64,000 nucleotides of DNA, taken from an uncultured Acidobacteriota bacterium (GTDB lineage: Bacteria; Acidobacteriota; Terriglobia; Acidiferrales; UBA7541). This document shows, piece by piece, positions 62,509 through 64,000 of the stretch (the first letter of the stretch is position 1; each line of letters starts with the position of its first letter). The notes under the pieces are model-generated. The model did not search any database. It was not told the origin of the DNA and saw only the letters and a list, made by a program, of their open reading frames with translations. The DNA lies in contig CAWJHO010000003.1 of the NCBI GenBank assembly GCA_963842745.1, forward strand, positions 639,544 to 703,543. Direction: 5' to 3'. A program made the translations under genes and the position numbers.

Positions 62509-63702
62509 ATGCCAAAAATCGCATCGCGCGTTTCACAATTGACGGGCGAAGGCGCGCTGGCGGTCTTCACCCGCGCCAAAGAACTCGAAAAAGAAGGCCG
62601 GTCCATCATTCATCTGGAGCTTGGCGAGCCGGACTTTCATCCCGCCGCTCCGGTGGTGGACGCGGTGAGGGCGGCTGTTGCCTCGGGACGCGATCGCTAC
62701 GTTTCGACGCGGGGGCTTCCGGAGCTGCGCGCGGCCATCGCCGATTACTTGCAGCGCACGCGCAAGCTGGACGTCGCGGCAGAGCAGGTCCTGGTTGCGC
62801 CGGGCTGCAAGATGGCCCTGGCGCTGGCGATGATGGCCTTGATCGAGCCGGGCGACGAAGTTCTCTACCCAGACCCGAGCTTTCCCATCTATCCCTCGTT
62901 CACACGGGGCCTGGGCGCAGAGGCCGTTTCCTATTCGCTTCTGGAGAAGAACAAATTCCAGCCGGACATTGCGGAAGTCGCGGCGAAGATCTCGCCGAGG
63001 ACCCGCATGCTCATCTTTAATTCGCCGAACAATCCTACTGGCACGGTTTTCAGCGACGCGGCGCTTGCGCAGCTCGCCGAGCTTGCCAAACAGCATGACC
63101 TGTGGGTTCTGGCCGATGAAATTTATGCGCGCATTCTTTTCGGTGGTGAATACAAATCCATCTGGATGCTACCGGGAATGGCGGAACGTACCGTCATCAT
63201 TGATGGTTTCTCAAAATCCTTTGCCATGACGGGCTGGCGGTTGGGCTATGCCGTGGCGCAGAAGCGCACGATCGACGCCCTGGACATGCTCGTGCTCAAC
63301 ACCTTCACTTGCACCGCGGAATTCTCTCAGGTGGCAGCCATCGAAGCGCTCAACGATTCCACGCACGCCGTTCCTGCGATGGTCGCCGAATATCGCAAAC
63401 GCCGCGACATTTTTGTCGAAAGACTGAACAAGATTCCCGGTTTCCGCTGCCAAATCCCGGACGGCGCCTTCTATGCCTGGGTGAATATCGAAGACACCGG
63501 AATGAGCGCGGAAGCTGTGCAGAAACTCTTGCTGGAAGAAGCCGGAGTCGCGGCTATTGCCGGCGCGGCGTTCGGCGCCGAGGGCAAGAATTACTTGCGC
63601 TTTTCGCTGGTCAGCGCTACCCATTTACTGAAAGAGGCACAGGAGCGCATCCAACGCGTGTCCTTGCATTGGCGGGCAACTACCCACGCGACAGCGCCGT
63701 GA
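62509..63702 (+). CDS. pyridoxal-phosphate-dependent aminotransferase, class I (aspartate aminotransferase-like)
   Basis: LELGEPDFHP, NSPNNPTG and the PLP-lysine motif SKSFAMTGWRLGY. ATG 62509; the track start is at 62449. Confidence 0.93.
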   Translation: MPKIASRVSQLTGEGALAVFTRAKELEKEGRSIIHLELGEPDFHPAAPVVDAVRAAVASGRDRYVSTRGLPELRAAIADYLQRTRKLDVAAEQVLVAPGCKMALALAMMALIEPGDEVLYPDPSFPIYPSFTRGLGAEAVSYSLLEKNKFQPDIAEVAAKISPRTRMLIFNSPNNPTGTVFSDAALAQLAELAKQHDLWVLADEIYARILFGGEYKSIWMLPGMAERTVIIDGFSKSFAMTGWRLGYAVAQKRTIDALDMLVLNTFTCTAEFSQVAAIEALNDSTHAVPAMVAEYRKRRDIFVERLNKIPGFRCQIPDGAFYAWVNIEDTGMSAEAVQKLLLEEAGVAAIAGAAFGAEGKNYLRFSLVSATHLLKEAQERIQRVSLHWRATTHATAP

Positions 63703-63722
63703 CCCGAGGGAGAACTAAAGCC

Positions 63723-64000
63723 ATGAGCCAATCCTCCGGACTCAAACATATTCCCTGGAACCAAGTCGTGCGTGAACCGCTCAACGACAAGATCGACCGG
63801 GAGATGCTCCACGGCGACAAATTGATGCTCGCGCGCGTGTTTATGAAAAAAGGCGCGCACGTGCCGAAGCACCAGCACCACAACGAGCAGGTCACCTACA
63901 TCCTGGAAGGCGCGCTGAAATTCGCGATTGACGGAAAAGAAATTGTCGTGAAAGCCGGCGAGGTGCTCTGCATTCCTTGCAATATGCCCCACGAAGCCTG
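63723..64000 (+). CDS. cupin-domain protein, N-terminal part (runs off the window end)
   Basis: ATG 63723 with GAGGGAG upstream. HVPKHQHHNEQVTYILEG ... CIPCNMPHEA matches the cupin metal-binding motifs. Confidence 0.8.
   Translation, partial: MSQSSGLKHIPWNQVVREPLNDKIDREMLHGDKLMLARVFMKKGAHVPKHQHHNEQVTYILEGALKFAIDGKEIVVKAGEVLCIPCNMPHEA

Overview
This is a 64-kb stretch of a high-GC bacterial chromosome. Hand counts of single 60-nt lines give about 60-67% GC in core genes. The gene style reminds me of Acidobacteriota, but that is inference only. I call about 65 protein genes, tightly packed and mostly core housekeeping. They include hsp20-clpB, queA, comF plus an HNH nuclease, a DksA-like gene, selD, and jag-yidC-yidD-rnpA-rpmH. 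They also include ffh, then rpsP-KH-rimM-trmD-rplS, then rnhB, plus glmM, serS, gdh and thiD. The rest are pyrR-pyrB-pyrC, pyrD, pyrF, selB, tatA, maf, a methylmalonyl-CoA mutase catalytic subunit and an aspartate-type aminotransferase. I recognised no rRNA, tRNA, CRISPR array, transposase, integrase or phage-like gene, and no clear multi-gene novel system. The items most worth a second look are: (1) an orphan 26-codon hydrophobic mini-ORF with its own SD and a perfect terminator, inside an ~840-bp gene-free, partly AT-rich gap (38630-39467); (2) a 68-codon relic of an SthA-like transhydrogenase fused to the ffh stop codon, next to a peptidase gene that splits the ffh/rpsP string; (3) a 492-aa uncharacterised protein with a C-terminal PD-(D/E)xK nuclease motif; (4) a lower-GC BNR-propeller/TonB-C-like gene between rplS and rnhB; (5) a Tat-signal PLP enzyme; (6) an unlinked selD and selB with no selA, selC or selenoprotein visible; (7) several small unannotated ORFs and orphan hairpins. 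All family assignments come from motif recognition by eye. No database search was run. Start codons moved away from the ORF track are justified in each entry.
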